Origin: Tubiluchus corallicola
Taxonomy: Eukaryota; Animalia; Priapulida
Direction of reading: 5' to 3'
Assembly: GCA_030141605.1 (NCBI GenBank)
Contig: JAQGDQ010002392.1
Location: 65,946 to 129,945 of the forward strand
Length of the DNA: 64,000 nucleotides
Shown: positions 50,623 to 60,595 of the stretch, one piece after another
Layout of the letters: the number at the start of each line of letters is the position of its first letter
Numbering within the stretch: position 1 is the stretch's first letter
The notes under the pieces: model-generated
What the model was told of the DNA's origin: nothing
The model's input: the letters and a program-made list of their open reading frames with translations, nothing else
Database searches by the model: none
Translations under genes and position numbers: made by a program

Positions 50623-52098
50623 CTAATATGCCTTAGCAAATAACACTCTTTGTTCAGAAGGCTTAGCCGTAACGATACATTTACCTTTTTCTTTCTTATT
50701 CCCAAAAGGTATACAACGTATGGTAGCCTTTGTTTCTTGTTTTATTTTTTCTTCTGTATCAGCAGTGCCATCCCAATGAGCCGACACAAAACCTCCTTTA
50801 TTCTTTATCAACTCCTTCAATTCATCATAAGAATTAGCCTCCCTGATATTTTCATTCCTAAAATTCAATGCCTTTTCATAGATATTAACCTGTATCTTTT
50901 TTAAAAGTTCCTCCACATAGACGACTACTTCACTCTGTTTTACAAACTCCTTTGTCAATTTATCTCTACGTGCTACTTCTACCGTTCCTTTTTCTAAATC
51001 TTTGGGACCAATAGCCACTCTCACAGGTACTCCCTTCAATTCATACTCTGCAAATTTCCATCCCGGCTTGTGTGTATCCCTATCATCGTACTTCACGCCA
51101 ATACCTTTATCCTTCAACTCCTTAACTATTTTATTTACTACCTCTGATATAGCTTGTAGCTCTTTCTCTCCTTTGTAAATAGGAACAATTACTACCTGTA
51201 TAGGTGCTAATTTAGGAGGCAATACCAAACCTTTATCATCAGAATGAGCCATCACCAATGCCCCCATCAAACGTGTAGAGACTCCCCACGAAGAAGCCCA
51301 CACATAATCCTCTTTTCCTTCCTTTGTAGCAAACTTCACATCAAAGGCTTTGGCAAAGTTCTGTCCTAAAAAATGCGAAGTACCAGACTGTAAAGCCTTG
51401 CCATCTTGCATTAAAGCCTCTATGGTGTATGTATCCAAAGCCCCCGCAAAACGTTCATTCTCCGTTTTATAGCCTTTTACAACAGGCATCGCCATATAAT
51501 TTTCTGCAAAGTCGGCATATACATTAATCATTTTGCTTGCCTCTTCCATAGCTTCTTCCTTTGTTGCGTGGGCAGTGTGTCCTTCCTGCCAAAGAAACTC
51601 TGAGGTGCGAAGAAACAGACGAGTCCGCATTTCCCAGCGCATCACATTTGCCCATTGGTTACAAAGTATAGGCAGGTCTCTGTACGACTGTATCCAGTTC
51701 TTATACGAGTTCCAAATAATTGTTTCGGATGTAGGTCTTACAATTAGCTCCTCTTCCAGCTTAGCGTCTTCATCCACTATTACTCCCTTAGCATCAGGGC
51801 TATTTTTAAGGCGATAATGTGTAACTACGGCACACTCCTTTGCAAAACCTTCTACGTGGTCGGCCTCCTTGCTTAAAAAAGACTTAGGTATCAAAAGTGG
51901 AAAATAAGCATTCACGTGTCCCGTCTCCTTAAACATACCATCCAGTACTGCCTGCATCTTCTCCCAAATAGCATAGCCATAGGGTTTAATAGTCATACAC
52001 CCTCTTACTGCTGAGTTTTCTGCTAAATCAGCCTTTATTACCAATTCATTATACCACTGTGAATAATTTTCTGCCCGCGAAGTCAGTCCTTTTGCCAT
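50623..52098 (-). CDS. proS: Proline--tRNA ligase (archaeal/eukaryote-like type)
   Basis: [38 protein letters not shown]-terminal FAKAY. Confidence 0.98.
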   Translation of the reverse strand: MAKGLTSRAENYSQWYNELVIKADLAENSAVRGCMTIKPYGYAIWEKMQAVLDGMFKETGHVNAYFPLLIPKSFLSKEADHVEGFAKECAVVTHYRLKNSPDAKGVIVDEDAKLEEELIVRPTSETIIWNSYKNWIQSYRDLPILCNQWANVMRWEMRTRLFLRTSEFLWQEGHTAHATKEEAMEEASKMINVYADFAENYMAMPVVKGYKTENERFAGALDTYTIEALMQDGKALQSGTSHFLGQNFAKAFDVKFATKEGKEDYVWASSWGVSTRLMGALVMAHSDDKGLVLPPKLAPIQVVIVPIYKGEKELQAISEVVNKIVKELKDKGIGVKYDDRDTHKPGWKFAEYELKGVPVRVAIGPKDLEKGTVEVARRDKLTKEFVKQSEVVVYVEELLKKIQVNIYEKALNFRNENIREANSYDELKELIKNKGGFVSAHWDGTADTEEKIKQETKATIRCIPFGNKKEKGKCIVTAKPSEQRVLFAKAY

Positions 52099-52304
52099 AA
52101 ATTACTATCTTTTACATATTCCAATAAGTGCAAAAATATCAAAATTATTGTTTATGTTCACAACAACCTGTTCTAAAAATAACTATCATTTCAAAATAAG
52201 TAAAACATTTCTATTAACTAATCTATTTTTATGCTTTGTAATAGTTAAGTAAATTCACTTGCAACAAAAAGATAATTATCTATATTTGCAACAAAAAGAA
52301 CAAT

Positions 52305-53045
52305 ATGGCAGATAGTATTGTAATTATACCTACTTACAACGAAAAAGAGAACATAGAAAAAATAATCCGAAAAGTTTTTTCTCTCGAAAAGGAATTTGAA
52401 ATTCTTATTATAGAAGACAACTCCCCTGATGGAACTGCTAATATTGTAAAAAAACTTATCAAAGAATTTCCCAATCGCTTGCACATCATCGAAAGGAAAG
52501 GAAAGTTGGGACTTGGCACCGCTTACAAAGCGGGATTCAAATGGGCAATTGAACGAAAATATGGTTTTGTATTTGAAATGGATGCCGACTTTTCTCACAA
52601 TCCTGACGACCTTATAAAGCTATACAACGCCTGTGTAAAAGAAGATGGTGATGTTGCCATTGGCTCGCGCTACAAGTCAGGAGTAAATGTAGTTAACTGG
52701 CCACTCACAAGAGTATTAATGTCATTTTTTGCTTCCAAATACGTGCAATTTATTACAGGTATGAGAATAAATGACACCACCGCAGGCTTCAAATGTTATA
52801 AAAGAAAAGTATTAGAAACCATCAACCTAAAAAAAATAAAGTCCAAAGGCTACGGCTTTCAAATAGAAATGAAATTCACCGCTTGGAAACACGGCTTCAA
52901 CTTGGTAGAAGTGCCTATTATATTCATCGACCGACAAGAAGGAAAATCAAAAATGACAGGAGGTATATTTCACGAAGCATTATGGGGAGTTATAAGAATG
53001 AAAATCGATAGCTTATTTAGAAAATACAAAAAACCAAATCAATAA
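52305..53045 (+). CDS. Polyprenol monophosphomannose synthase (GT2, DPM1-like)
   Basis: IIPTYNEKEN, DNSPDGT, GLGTAY, EMDADFSH, GYGFQIEMK; TATATTTG motif at 52281-52288. Confidence 0.92.
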   Translation: MADSIVIIPTYNEKENIEKIIRKVFSLEKEFEILIIEDNSPDGTANIVKKLIKEFPNRLHIIERKGKLGLGTAYKAGFKWAIERKYGFVFEMDADFSHNPDDLIKLYNACVKEDGDVAIGSRYKSGVNVVNWPLTRVLMSFFASKYVQFITGMRINDTTAGFKCYKRKVLETINLKKIKSKGYGFQIEMKFTAWKHGFNLVEVPIIFIDRQEGKSKMTGGIFHEALWGVIRMKIDSLFRKYKKPNQ

Positions 53046-53046
53046 T

Positions 53047-54387
53047 ATGCATACTATCCTCATAGAAAATGCTACCATAATAAATGAAGGAACACAATTT
53101 TTGGGCAGTGTGCTAATAAAAGATGGAAAATTCGAGGAGATATATACACAAGTTCCACCAAAAGTAAAAGAGAAAGTTTCTGTAATAGATGCTTCTGGCA
53201 AGATTTTAATACCCGGCGTGATAGACGACCAAGTACATCTGCGAGAGCCCGGACTTACACATAAAGAAACCATAGAAACAGGCTCTTTGTCAGCCATAGC
53301 AGGAGGTGTAACATCCTTTATGGAGATGCCTAATACACTACCACAAGCTACTACCAATAAACTATTAGAAGAAAAATTTGAAATTGCTGCACAAAAATCG
53401 CTCGCCAATTATTCCTTTTATCTTGGAGCTACAAACGATAATATAGAAGAAATAACCAATGTAGACACTAAAAGAGTGTGCGGCATCAAAGTATTTATGG
53501 GGTCATCCACTGGAAATATGCTGGTTGACAATCCTCAATCCTTAGAAAGAATTTTTGCAAAAGCCCCCATACTCATAGCCACTCACTGCGAAGATGAAGC
53601 AACAATACAAGAAAATACCAACTACTACAAGGCTCAATATGGCGAAAATATACCCATAGAAGCACATCCTAAAATAAGAAGTGAAGAAGCCTGTTATAAA
53701 TCATCTTCTTTTGCGGTACAATTGGCAAAAAAGCATAACACTCGCTTACATATACTACATTTATCTACTGCCAAAGAATTAGAACTGTTTGACAATAAGC
53801 CATTAAGCGAAAAAAAAATAACTGCTGAGGTGTGTGTACATCATTTGTGGTTCTCTGATAAAGACTATGCAGATAAGGGAACATTGATAAAATGGAATCC
53901 TGCGGTAAAAACAGAAAAAGATAAAAACGCTCTCTTACAAGGTTTGTTAAATGGCAAATTGGATATTGTAGCCACTGACCACGCACCACATACTTACGAA
54001 GAGAAAAAAAATACTTACTTCAAAAGCCCATCAGGAGGCCCCTTGCTTCAACACTCTCTCTTAGTAATGTTGGAACTATATCACCAAAACAAAATACCAC
54101 TTGAAACCATTGTTGCCAAAATGTGTCATGCCCCAGCAGAATTGTTCAAAGTAAATAAACGAGGTTATATACGCAAAGGTTATTGGGCTGATTGTGTGCT
54201 AATAGACCTCAATAATCCCGAAGAAGTAAGTAAAAAAAATATTAACTACAAATGCGAGTGGTCGCCTTTCGAGGGAGACATTTTCACTTCCAAAGTAACT
54301 CACACTTTCGTAAATGGTCATTTAGCATATGAACAAGGTAAGTTCAATACCAATAGCAAAGGCAAATCCCTAACTTTCGACAGATAG
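53047..54387 (+). CDS. pyrC: Dihydroorotase
   Basis: DDQVHLREPG, EMPNT, KVFMGSSTG, HCEDE, KWNP, ATDHAPH. Confidence 0.93.
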   Translation: MHTILIENATIINEGTQFLGSVLIKDGKFEEIYTQVPPKVKEKVSVIDASGKILIPGVIDDQVHLREPGLTHKETIETGSLSAIAGGVTSFMEMPNTLPQATTNKLLEEKFEIAAQKSLANYSFYLGATNDNIEEITNVDTKRVCGIKVFMGSSTGNMLVDNPQSLERIFAKAPILIATHCEDEATIQENTNYYKAQYGENIPIEAHPKIRSEEACYKSSSFAVQLAKKHNTRLHILHLSTAKELELFDNKPLSEKKITAEVCVHHLWFSDKDYADKGTLIKWNPAVKTEKDKNALLQGLLNGKLDIVATDHAPHTYEEKKNTYFKSPSGGPLLQHSLLVMLELYHQNKIPLETIVAKMCHAPAELFKVNKRGYIRKGYWADCVLIDLNNPEEVSKKNINYKCEWSPFEGDIFTSKVTHTFVNGHLAYEQGKFNTNSKGKSLTFDR

Positions 54388-54389
54388 TA

Positions 54390-55316
54390 ATGAAAGTTCT
54401 TTTCATAGACAAAACGCACCCTATATTAGAAAAAAAACTTATTGCTGCAGGCTTTCAATGTACATACTTACAACTGCCCGAAGAGATAGTAAAAACCATT
54501 CATCTATACGATGGGTTGGTAGTAAGAAACAAAATGCAAGTAGATAAAAGTTTGATAGACCAAGCCACCCAGCTAAAATTTATTGCAAGGGTTGGGGCTG
54601 GCTTAGATGAAATAGACACAGACTACTGCAAAGAAAAAAACATTGTTTGTTTCAACTCACCCGAAGGCAATAGAGATGCAGTAGGAGAACATACATTGGG
54701 GTTGCTGCTTGTAGTATTTAATAAAATAGCAGTTGCTAACAATGAAGTAAAAAAGGGATTGTGGCAAAGAGAAAAAAATAGAGGTTTAGAAATAAAAGGC
54801 AAGACCATTGGCATTGTAGGCTATGGTAATATGGGAAAAGCATTTGCTCAAAGGCTACAAGGTTTCGGCGTGCAAGTTATAGCCTACGATAAATATAAAG
54901 AAAACTTTACTGATAAATATGTAAAAGAAGTGCCTCTGGAAACTATTTTTGAAGAGGCAGATGTGTTGAGCCTACACGTGCCTCTTACAAAAGAGACATA
55001 TCACTTAGTAAATGATGGTTTTATCAACAAGTTTAAAAAGAACATCTATCTGCTCAACACTGCAAGGGGTAAAGTTGTCAGTTTAAAAGACTTGGCAAAA
55101 AATATAAAAACAGAAAAAATACTTGGAGCAGGCTTAGATGTATTGGAGTATGAGAAGCAACAATTTGAACAAAGTTATAAGCACAACTCTGATTTACAAT
55201 ATCTCACCAGCAACCCAAACATTGTTTTTACTCCTCACGTAGCAGGTTGGTCAGTGGAATCAAAAATAAAATTGGCATCTGTATTGGCAGACAAGGTTAT
55301 TCAACATTTTAAGTAA
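54390..55316 (+). CDS. D-isomer-specific 2-hydroxyacid dehydrogenase (SerA-like)
   Basis: ARVGAG, GNRDAVGEH, GYGNMG, LNTARG, LDVLEYE, TPHVAGWS. Confidence 0.88.
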   Translation: MKVLFIDKTHPILEKKLIAAGFQCTYLQLPEEIVKTIHLYDGLVVRNKMQVDKSLIDQATQLKFIARVGAGLDEIDTDYCKEKNIVCFNSPEGNRDAVGEHTLGLLLVVFNKIAVANNEVKKGLWQREKNRGLEIKGKTIGIVGYGNMGKAFAQRLQGFGVQVIAYDKYKENFTDKYVKEVPLETIFEEADVLSLHVPLTKETYHLVNDGFINKFKKNIYLLNTARGKVVSLKDLAKNIKTEKILGAGLDVLEYEKQQFEQSYKHNSDLQYLTSNPNIVFTPHVAGWSVESKIKLASVLADKVIQHFK

Positions 55317-55454
55317 CAGCAAAAAAGAAAGTGTGATTTTTTAAACTATTTAAAGAAGTTACTTAATTTCACAAAACATTCTTATATATTTGCCATTGCA
55401 AAACTTCTTTTTTAAAGAAATATTTAAGTTAGAATAAAAAAAATTCAATCGTAT

Positions 55455-56828
55455 ATGAAAAACATATTATTATCACTTTTAACTATTTTATTAATTTCTT
55501 GCTCTAATAATACTAAGGAAACATCTTTAGCTGAGGAGGTCAAACAAGAGACACTTTGTTCTTGGCAATCGTACAAAAAATATGCTTGGGGACACGATGT
55601 GCTAAAACCAATATCTAAGAGTTATCACGACTGGTATGAACAGTCTTTAGCCATTTCTCCCATAGATGCCTACTCTACCTTAAAGATAATGGGCTTTGAT
55701 GAGGAAACTAAAGAAATTGAAGAGTATGTAAAAAATAGTATTAACTGGGACAAAGACCTATATGTAAAAGTATTTGAGGTAAATATTCGCATCATAGGCG
55801 GTTTGGCTGCTATGTATCAGTATACAAAAGACCCCGTTATTTTGGAAAAACTACACGACTTTGGTAAGCGGATTTTACCTGCCTTCGACACTCCAACAGG
55901 TATACCCACTTATTGGGTCAATCTGAAAACGGGTGAAACAAAAGGAGATACTGTAAACTTAGCCGAGGCAGCTTCTTATGTGGTGGAGTTTGGTATGTTA
56001 AGCTATTACACCAAAGACCCTATATTTTACGAAACTGCCAAAAAAGCGACTCTTGCTTGCTTTGAAAGACGCTCTAAACTGAACCTTTTAGGAGATAATA
56101 TTGATGTCAAAACAGGCAAATGGGTGTCTGAAAATAGTCATATTGAAGCAGGAGCAGACTCCTATTACGAAGGACTTTATAAAGCCTATGCTCTCTTTAA
56201 TGATGAAGAAATGAAAAGTATTTGGAATACTTGTGTAAAGGCAATACATAAGTATGTTGCCGAAGAATACGATAATCAAGTATGGTATAGCATTGTAAAT
56301 ATGCATACAGGTAAACGCAGCTTAAGGAGTGTAACCTTGTACGATGCTTTTTTCCCCGCCTTACTCGCTCTTTCGGGAGATATAAAACGTGCAGGGGAGT
56401 TACAAACAACGTGGGACAATCTTTGGAATAAGTATGGATTGAAACCTATGATATACAACTATCAAGAGGAAAAACCAACTTATCCTGTGTATGAGCTTAA
56501 CCCTGAAATCATTGAGTCTGCTTACTACTTGTACCATTATACGAAGGATGAAAAATATCTAAATATGGCGAAAAAGTATTATGCCGATACGAAAAAATAC
56601 TGTAGAAATGAAGTGGCCTATGCATCAGTAGAAAATGTAGAAACTAAAGAAAAAAGGGATTATATGCCTACTTTCTTTTTTGCCGAAACTATGAAGTATT
56701 ATTACCTTATTTTTTCATCACCTGATGTATTCGATTTTGACGGTCATATATTTAATACCGAAGCTCATCCATATTCTATTCACCAGTTGGACAAAATGGA
56801 AATAAAAAAGAGGCTGGGAATTGAATAA
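55455..56828 (+). CDS. Glycoside hydrolase family 47 (class I alpha-1,2-mannosidase-like) lipoprotein
   Basis: YAWGHDVLKP, FEVNIRIIGGL, AFDTPTGIP, GADSYYE, NPEIIES, FFFAETMKY, FNTEAHP; lipobox LISC. Confidence 0.9.
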   Translation: MKNILLSLLTILLISCSNNTKETSLAEEVKQETLCSWQSYKKYAWGHDVLKPISKSYHDWYEQSLAISPIDAYSTLKIMGFDEETKEIEEYVKNSINWDKDLYVKVFEVNIRIIGGLAAMYQYTKDPVILEKLHDFGKRILPAFDTPTGIPTYWVNLKTGETKGDTVNLAEAASYVVEFGMLSYYTKDPIFYETAKKATLACFERRSKLNLLGDNIDVKTGKWVSENSHIEAGADSYYEGLYKAYALFNDEEMKSIWNTCVKAIHKYVAEEYDNQVWYSIVNMHTGKRSLRSVTLYDAFFPALLALSGDIKRAGELQTTWDNLWNKYGLKPMIYNYQEEKPTYPVYELNPEIIESAYYLYHYTKDEKYLNMAKKYYADTKKYCRNEVAYASVENVETKEKRDYMPTFFFAETMKYYYLIFSSPDVFDFDGHIFNTEAHPYSIHQLDKMEIKKRLGIE

Positions 56829-56930
56829 GAGCTTAGTATTTTTTCTTGATTTTTATTGTAGGGTAGCAAATAAGTAATCTGTTGTATCATTTAGACGAGG
56901 ATTTCTAACCTACATACCCTTTCATTATAA

Positions 56931-56964
56931 ATAAAAGCCCTACAAATAATTGTAGGGCTTTTAT
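56931..56964. terminator. Bidirectional intrinsic terminator
   Basis: ATAAAAGCCCTACAA-ataa-TTGTAGGGCTTTTAT between the convergent GH47 and MFS genes. Confidence 0.85.
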
Positions 56965-56968
56965 GTTC

Positions 56969-58507
56969 TTACTGCTCTATAGGTTTCAAGTCATCTCCTA
57001 ATGGAGTGAGTTTTGGCATCATCAAATGTATAATGCCCAATATAACCAGATACATACTTCCTGCTATAAAGAAAGCCCAAAAATAACCCGCATCACCACT
57101 CTCGTCAAGCACTTCTCCTAAGCCCCAGTCAGCAGTCATACCAGCTAATGCTCCCATCATACCCCCAATACCCACTACTGATGCAGTAGCCTTCTTAGGC
57201 AATACATCTGAAGCAAGAGTAAACAAATTGGCCGACCACGCCTGATGCCCAGCAGCAGCAATAGCAATTAATATCACAGCCATCCAGTACCATTTATTCA
57301 TTCTTGCATGGTCATAAACATCGAACTTAAATGCGTTGTACTCTGCTAATTGCTCCTTACTTACATTTTCTTTTGGAAGACCAAAAGCTGCTTTCAACTC
57401 AGTGTCAAAGTTCTTAGCATAATGGTATTCCTTTCCTTCTAAATGTTTAATTAAATTTATCTCTCTTTGCGAATAGCCATCCTCTTCCATCTTCTCGTAG
57501 GTTTTGTTTGTAATTTTAAAACCAGACTCAATCACAGTAGAAAACATTACTGGAATAATACACAATGCACAGATAAGTAAAGTTACTTTCCTAGCTTTAT
57601 TGATGCTCCACCCCTTCTCAACAAAGAACTTGGACAACCAACCGCCTGCAATACTACCCACATCTGCTATTACATATATAGTAATAAGGGGTAATGCAAT
57701 GTCTTTGATATTTAAACCAAATTTATCTGCCAAGAAAAATGCACCCCAAAACAAGTAAAACCACCACACAGCATCCGTCAATTTACCAATGGCAAAAGCC
57801 CAAGTTTGCTTTAATGGAAACACCTTCTTCCAAGGTAGTTTTTTTGTAGTTTCGGCAACAGAATCGCTTTGTATATATGCCAGTTCTTCTTTTGACAGTT
57901 TTGGATGTTCTTCGGGTCTTTTATAAGTTCTTAACCACAATACCACCCAAATAGCACTAAATACACCAGTTGTAAGGAACGCCCACTGCCAGTTAGCACC
58001 TGTTTCTGCCACAACTATCAAGGGTATAATGAGTGGAGCCAAAATAGCCCCTACATTAGAGCCTGCATTGAAGATACCCGTAGCAAAAGCACGATCTTTC
58101 TTAGGAAACCACTCAGCAGCCGTTTTAACTGCTGCAGGAAAGTTGCCAGCTTCTCCTATCCCCAGCCCAAAGCGTGCAAAGATAAACCCCATAAGCCCAA
58201 AAGCAGGCCGCACAGCAGCGTGAAGCATACCAAAAATACTCCATATAGCAATTGAAAGGGTATAGCCTATCCTTGTCCCAAACCTATCTATCACTCCCCC
58301 CATCGTAAGCATACCAATAGCATAAGCAAGTTTAAAGGCTATATTAATATTGGCATAATCCTTATTATCCCAGTCAAAAACAGTATCCCTAAGGGTAGGA
58401 CCAATAACTCCCAAAATACTCCTATCCATATAGTTGATAGTTGTTGCTACAAAAAGCAACGCCAGTATCCTGTACCGATAAGTTCCTATTTTATTTTTTC
58501 CACTCAT
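56969..58507 (-). CDS. MFS hexuronate transporter (ExuT-like) with a ~75-aa hydrophilic insertion
   Basis: TTINYMDR, GEAGNFP, EWFPKKDRAFATGIFNAG, HQAWSANLFT. Confidence 0.88.
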   Translation of the reverse strand: MSGKNKIGTYRYRILALLFVATTINYMDRSILGVIGPTLRDTVFDWDNKDYANINIAFKLAYAIGMLTMGGVIDRFGTRIGYTLSIAIWSIFGMLHAAVRPAFGLMGFIFARFGLGIGEAGNFPAAVKTAAEWFPKKDRAFATGIFNAGSNVGAILAPLIIPLIVVAETGANWQWAFLTTGVFSAIWVVLWLRTYKRPEEHPKLSKEELAYIQSDSVAETTKKLPWKKVFPLKQTWAFAIGKLTDAVWWFYLFWGAFFLADKFGLNIKDIALPLITIYVIADVGSIAGGWLSKFFVEKGWSINKARKVTLLICALCIIPVMFSTVIESGFKITNKTYEKMEEDGYSQREINLIKHLEGKEYHYAKNFDTELKAAFGLPKENVSKEQLAEYNAFKFDVYDHARMNKWYWMAVILIAIAAAGHQAWSANLFTLASDVLPKKATASVVGIGGMMGALAGMTADWGLGEVLDESGDAGYFWAFFIAGSMYLVILGIIHLMMPKLTPLGDDLKPIEQ

Positions 58508-58550
58508 AATTTTATTATGCTTATTTTAATTTAGATAGCAAAAACTTTTT

Positions 58551-58598
58551 TTATTTTCTCACCTCTTTTATTATTTTCTCACCTCTTTTATTATTTTC
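58551..58598. repeat. Exact 20-bp tandem duplication spanning the eda stop codon
   Basis: TTATTTTCTCACCTCTTTTA twice, followed by a partial TTATTTTC. Confidence 0.95.
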
Positions 58599-59242
58599 AA
58601 CGCCTCTTTTACTTTAGCTGTCAGTTTGCTATATTCATTATTAGCAATTACTTTTTTATCTATTAATTGAGACCCCATACCTACGCAAGTAACGCCTGCC
58701 TCAAACCATTGTTGCAAGTTTTCTTTTGTTGGTGCTACCCCTCCTGTAGGCATTATGCTTGTCCAAGAAAATGGTGCCTTCACAGCTTTAACAAATCCTG
58801 GTCCTCCTACTTGCGACCCAGGGAATATTTTTACTATTTCTGCTCCCAGTTCTTCTGCATAAGATATTTCGCTTAATGAACCACAGCCCGGCGACCACAA
58901 TATTTTTCTTCTATTACACGTCTTTGCCATATCCGGATTGAGAATAGGAGACACTATAAAACCGGCTCCTAATTGTATATAAAGCGACGTAGTACCTGCA
59001 TCTACCACAGAACCTACACCTATTATCATTTCGGGTAGCTCTTTGGCTGCATATTTATTGATTTCTGCAAATACCTCGTGGGCAAAATCACCTCTATTGG
59101 TAAATTCAAATACCCTTGCACCTCCCTCGTAGCAGGCTTTTAATACCTTTTTGCATATTTCTACATCAGGATTGTAAAATACGGGTATCATTCCCGTTTC
59201 CTTCATTTTAATAGCAACTTCTATTCTTGTAAATCTACTCAT
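58571..59242 (-). CDS. eda: KDPG/KHG aldolase
   Basis: FEFTNRGD, GVGSVVD, VKIFPG, IMPTGGV, VGMGS. Confidence 0.93.
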   Translation of the reverse strand: MSRFTRIEVAIKMKETGMIPVFYNPDVEICKKVLKACYEGGARVFEFTNRGDFAHEVFAEINKYAAKELPEMIIGVGSVVDAGTTSLYIQLGAGFIVSPILNPDMAKTCNRRKILWSPGCGSLSEISYAEELGAEIVKIFPGSQVGGPGFVKAVKAPFSWTSIMPTGGVAPTKENLQQWFEAGVTCVGMGSQLIDKKVIANNEYSKLTAKVKEALKIIKEVRK

Positions 59243-59792
59243 TGTTTATTATTATTAATATTAAATTAGAAAATTTGATTAACTCTTGTTTTACATAAGC
59301 TTCAAACCCCTCTCGTGTTTTGAACTTATCTGCTGATAGTTCTCAACCAGCAAAAAATTTAAATGATACAGGGTCGTAACCGAACCTAATATTTGTTCGC
59401 GTTTCAAATTTAGGATGGTCTTTTTTATCCATCAATTTCACAGTCAGTTTTCGGCTTTCTTTTGCTTTTATATTCAAAATAAGAACTACTTGCTCCCACT
59501 TTCCATCTTTGTTCATATCTTCCTATTGATAAGGAATATTCTCCCCCATTTGGCAAACGAAAAAAGGCACTTTACCTTCGGGTATCTTACCTACTTTATC
59601 TTCTATCTGCTTTTTGGAGAGAACAATGGGCTCATCTATTCTTCTTATATCAGTATCGTTTTCAAAAGTTATCACAGCTTCCTCCTTGCAATGAGAACAA
59701 GCTGACACCAACAATATCAACACTGCTCCTAATATACTTAGTTTTTTTATTTTATATTTAAGTGTCATCAAAACTAATTTGCTAATCCTCAT
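59235..59792 (-). pseudogene. DUF4861-like lipoprotein pseudogene (two in-frame stops, apparent large internal deletion)
   Basis: One frame reads signal-VSAC...DEPIVL...NIPYQ*EDMNKDGKWEQVVL...RTNIRFGYDPVSFKFFAG*ELSADKFKTREGFEAYVKQEL... with TAG at 59523-59525 and TGA at 59343-59345. It ends at TAG 59235-59237, overlapping the eda start. Confidence 0.75.
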
Positions 59793-60570
59793 TTGCTGGT
59801 TTACCTATAGTGGCAAGTATTCCTCCATCTACATAAATTACTTGTCCATTCACAAAATCGCTTGCTTTTGATGCAAGAAATATTGCCGCTCCTCCAAGAT
59901 CTTTGGGGTCGCCCCAACGTGCTGCAGGAGTACGATTAATAATAAATTCATTGAATGGATGCCCTTCTACTCTTATAGGAGCTGTTTGTGTGGTAGCAAA
60001 ATACCCTGGTCCTATACCATTAGTTTGTATATTGTACTTTGCCCATTCGGTTGCCATATTGCGAGTAAGCATTTTTAAGCCACCTTTAGAAGCTGCATAA
60101 GCCGATACCGTGTTCCTTCCTAATTCGCTCATCATCGAGCATAAATTAATAATTTTACCTTCCTTTCTTTGTATCATCTTACGCCCTACATACTTTGACA
60201 TAATGAAAGGCCCCACAAGATCAATATCCACTACTTTTCTAAATTCCTCTGTTGCCATATCTTCCATTGGCACTCTTTTAATAATACCTGCATTATTCAC
60301 AAGTATATCAATGTTTCCCACCTCTTTTTCTATTTTGTCTATTTGTTCTTCTACTAACTTATCATCAGTTACATCAAACATATATGTATGTACTTTTATA
60401 CCCTCTTTCTTACATTCAATTTTAGCTTCTTTTAGCTTGTGTTCGGACACACCATTAATTACTATCCCTGCTCCCGCTGAGGCAAGTGCTTTGGCTATTG
60501 CCATACCAAGTCCGTGCGTTCCTCCTGTAATTAAAGCTCTTTTGCGTGAAAGGTCAAATAAGTTTGTCAT
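59782..60570 (-). CDS. Gluconate 5-dehydrogenase / 2-deoxy-D-gluconate 3-dehydrogenase (KduD-role SDR)
   Basis: TGGTHGLG, NNAGIIKR, YAASKGG, NGIGPGY, RTPAARWG; follows kduI. Confidence 0.9.
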   Translation of the reverse strand: MTNLFDLSRKRALITGGTHGLGMAIAKALASAGAGIVINGVSEHKLKEAKIECKKEGIKVHTYMFDVTDDKLVEEQIDKIEKEVGNIDILVNNAGIIKRVPMEDMATEEFRKVVDIDLVGPFIMSKYVGRKMIQRKEGKIINLCSMMSELGRNTVSAYAASKGGLKMLTRNMATEWAKYNIQTNGIGPGYFATTQTAPIRVEGHPFNEFIINRTPAARWGDPKDLGGAAIFLASKASDFVNGQVIYVDGGILATIGKPANED

Positions 60571-60595
60571 TTTAAATTATATATTTTTTCAAATA

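Noticed and set aside
59343-59525. Stop-codon reassignment, selenocysteine or pyrrolysine readthrough at the in-frame TGA/TAG
   Set aside because: TGA and TAG end normal genes here (e.g. trmH, gap), Trp is encoded by TGG, and the gene also appears internally deleted.
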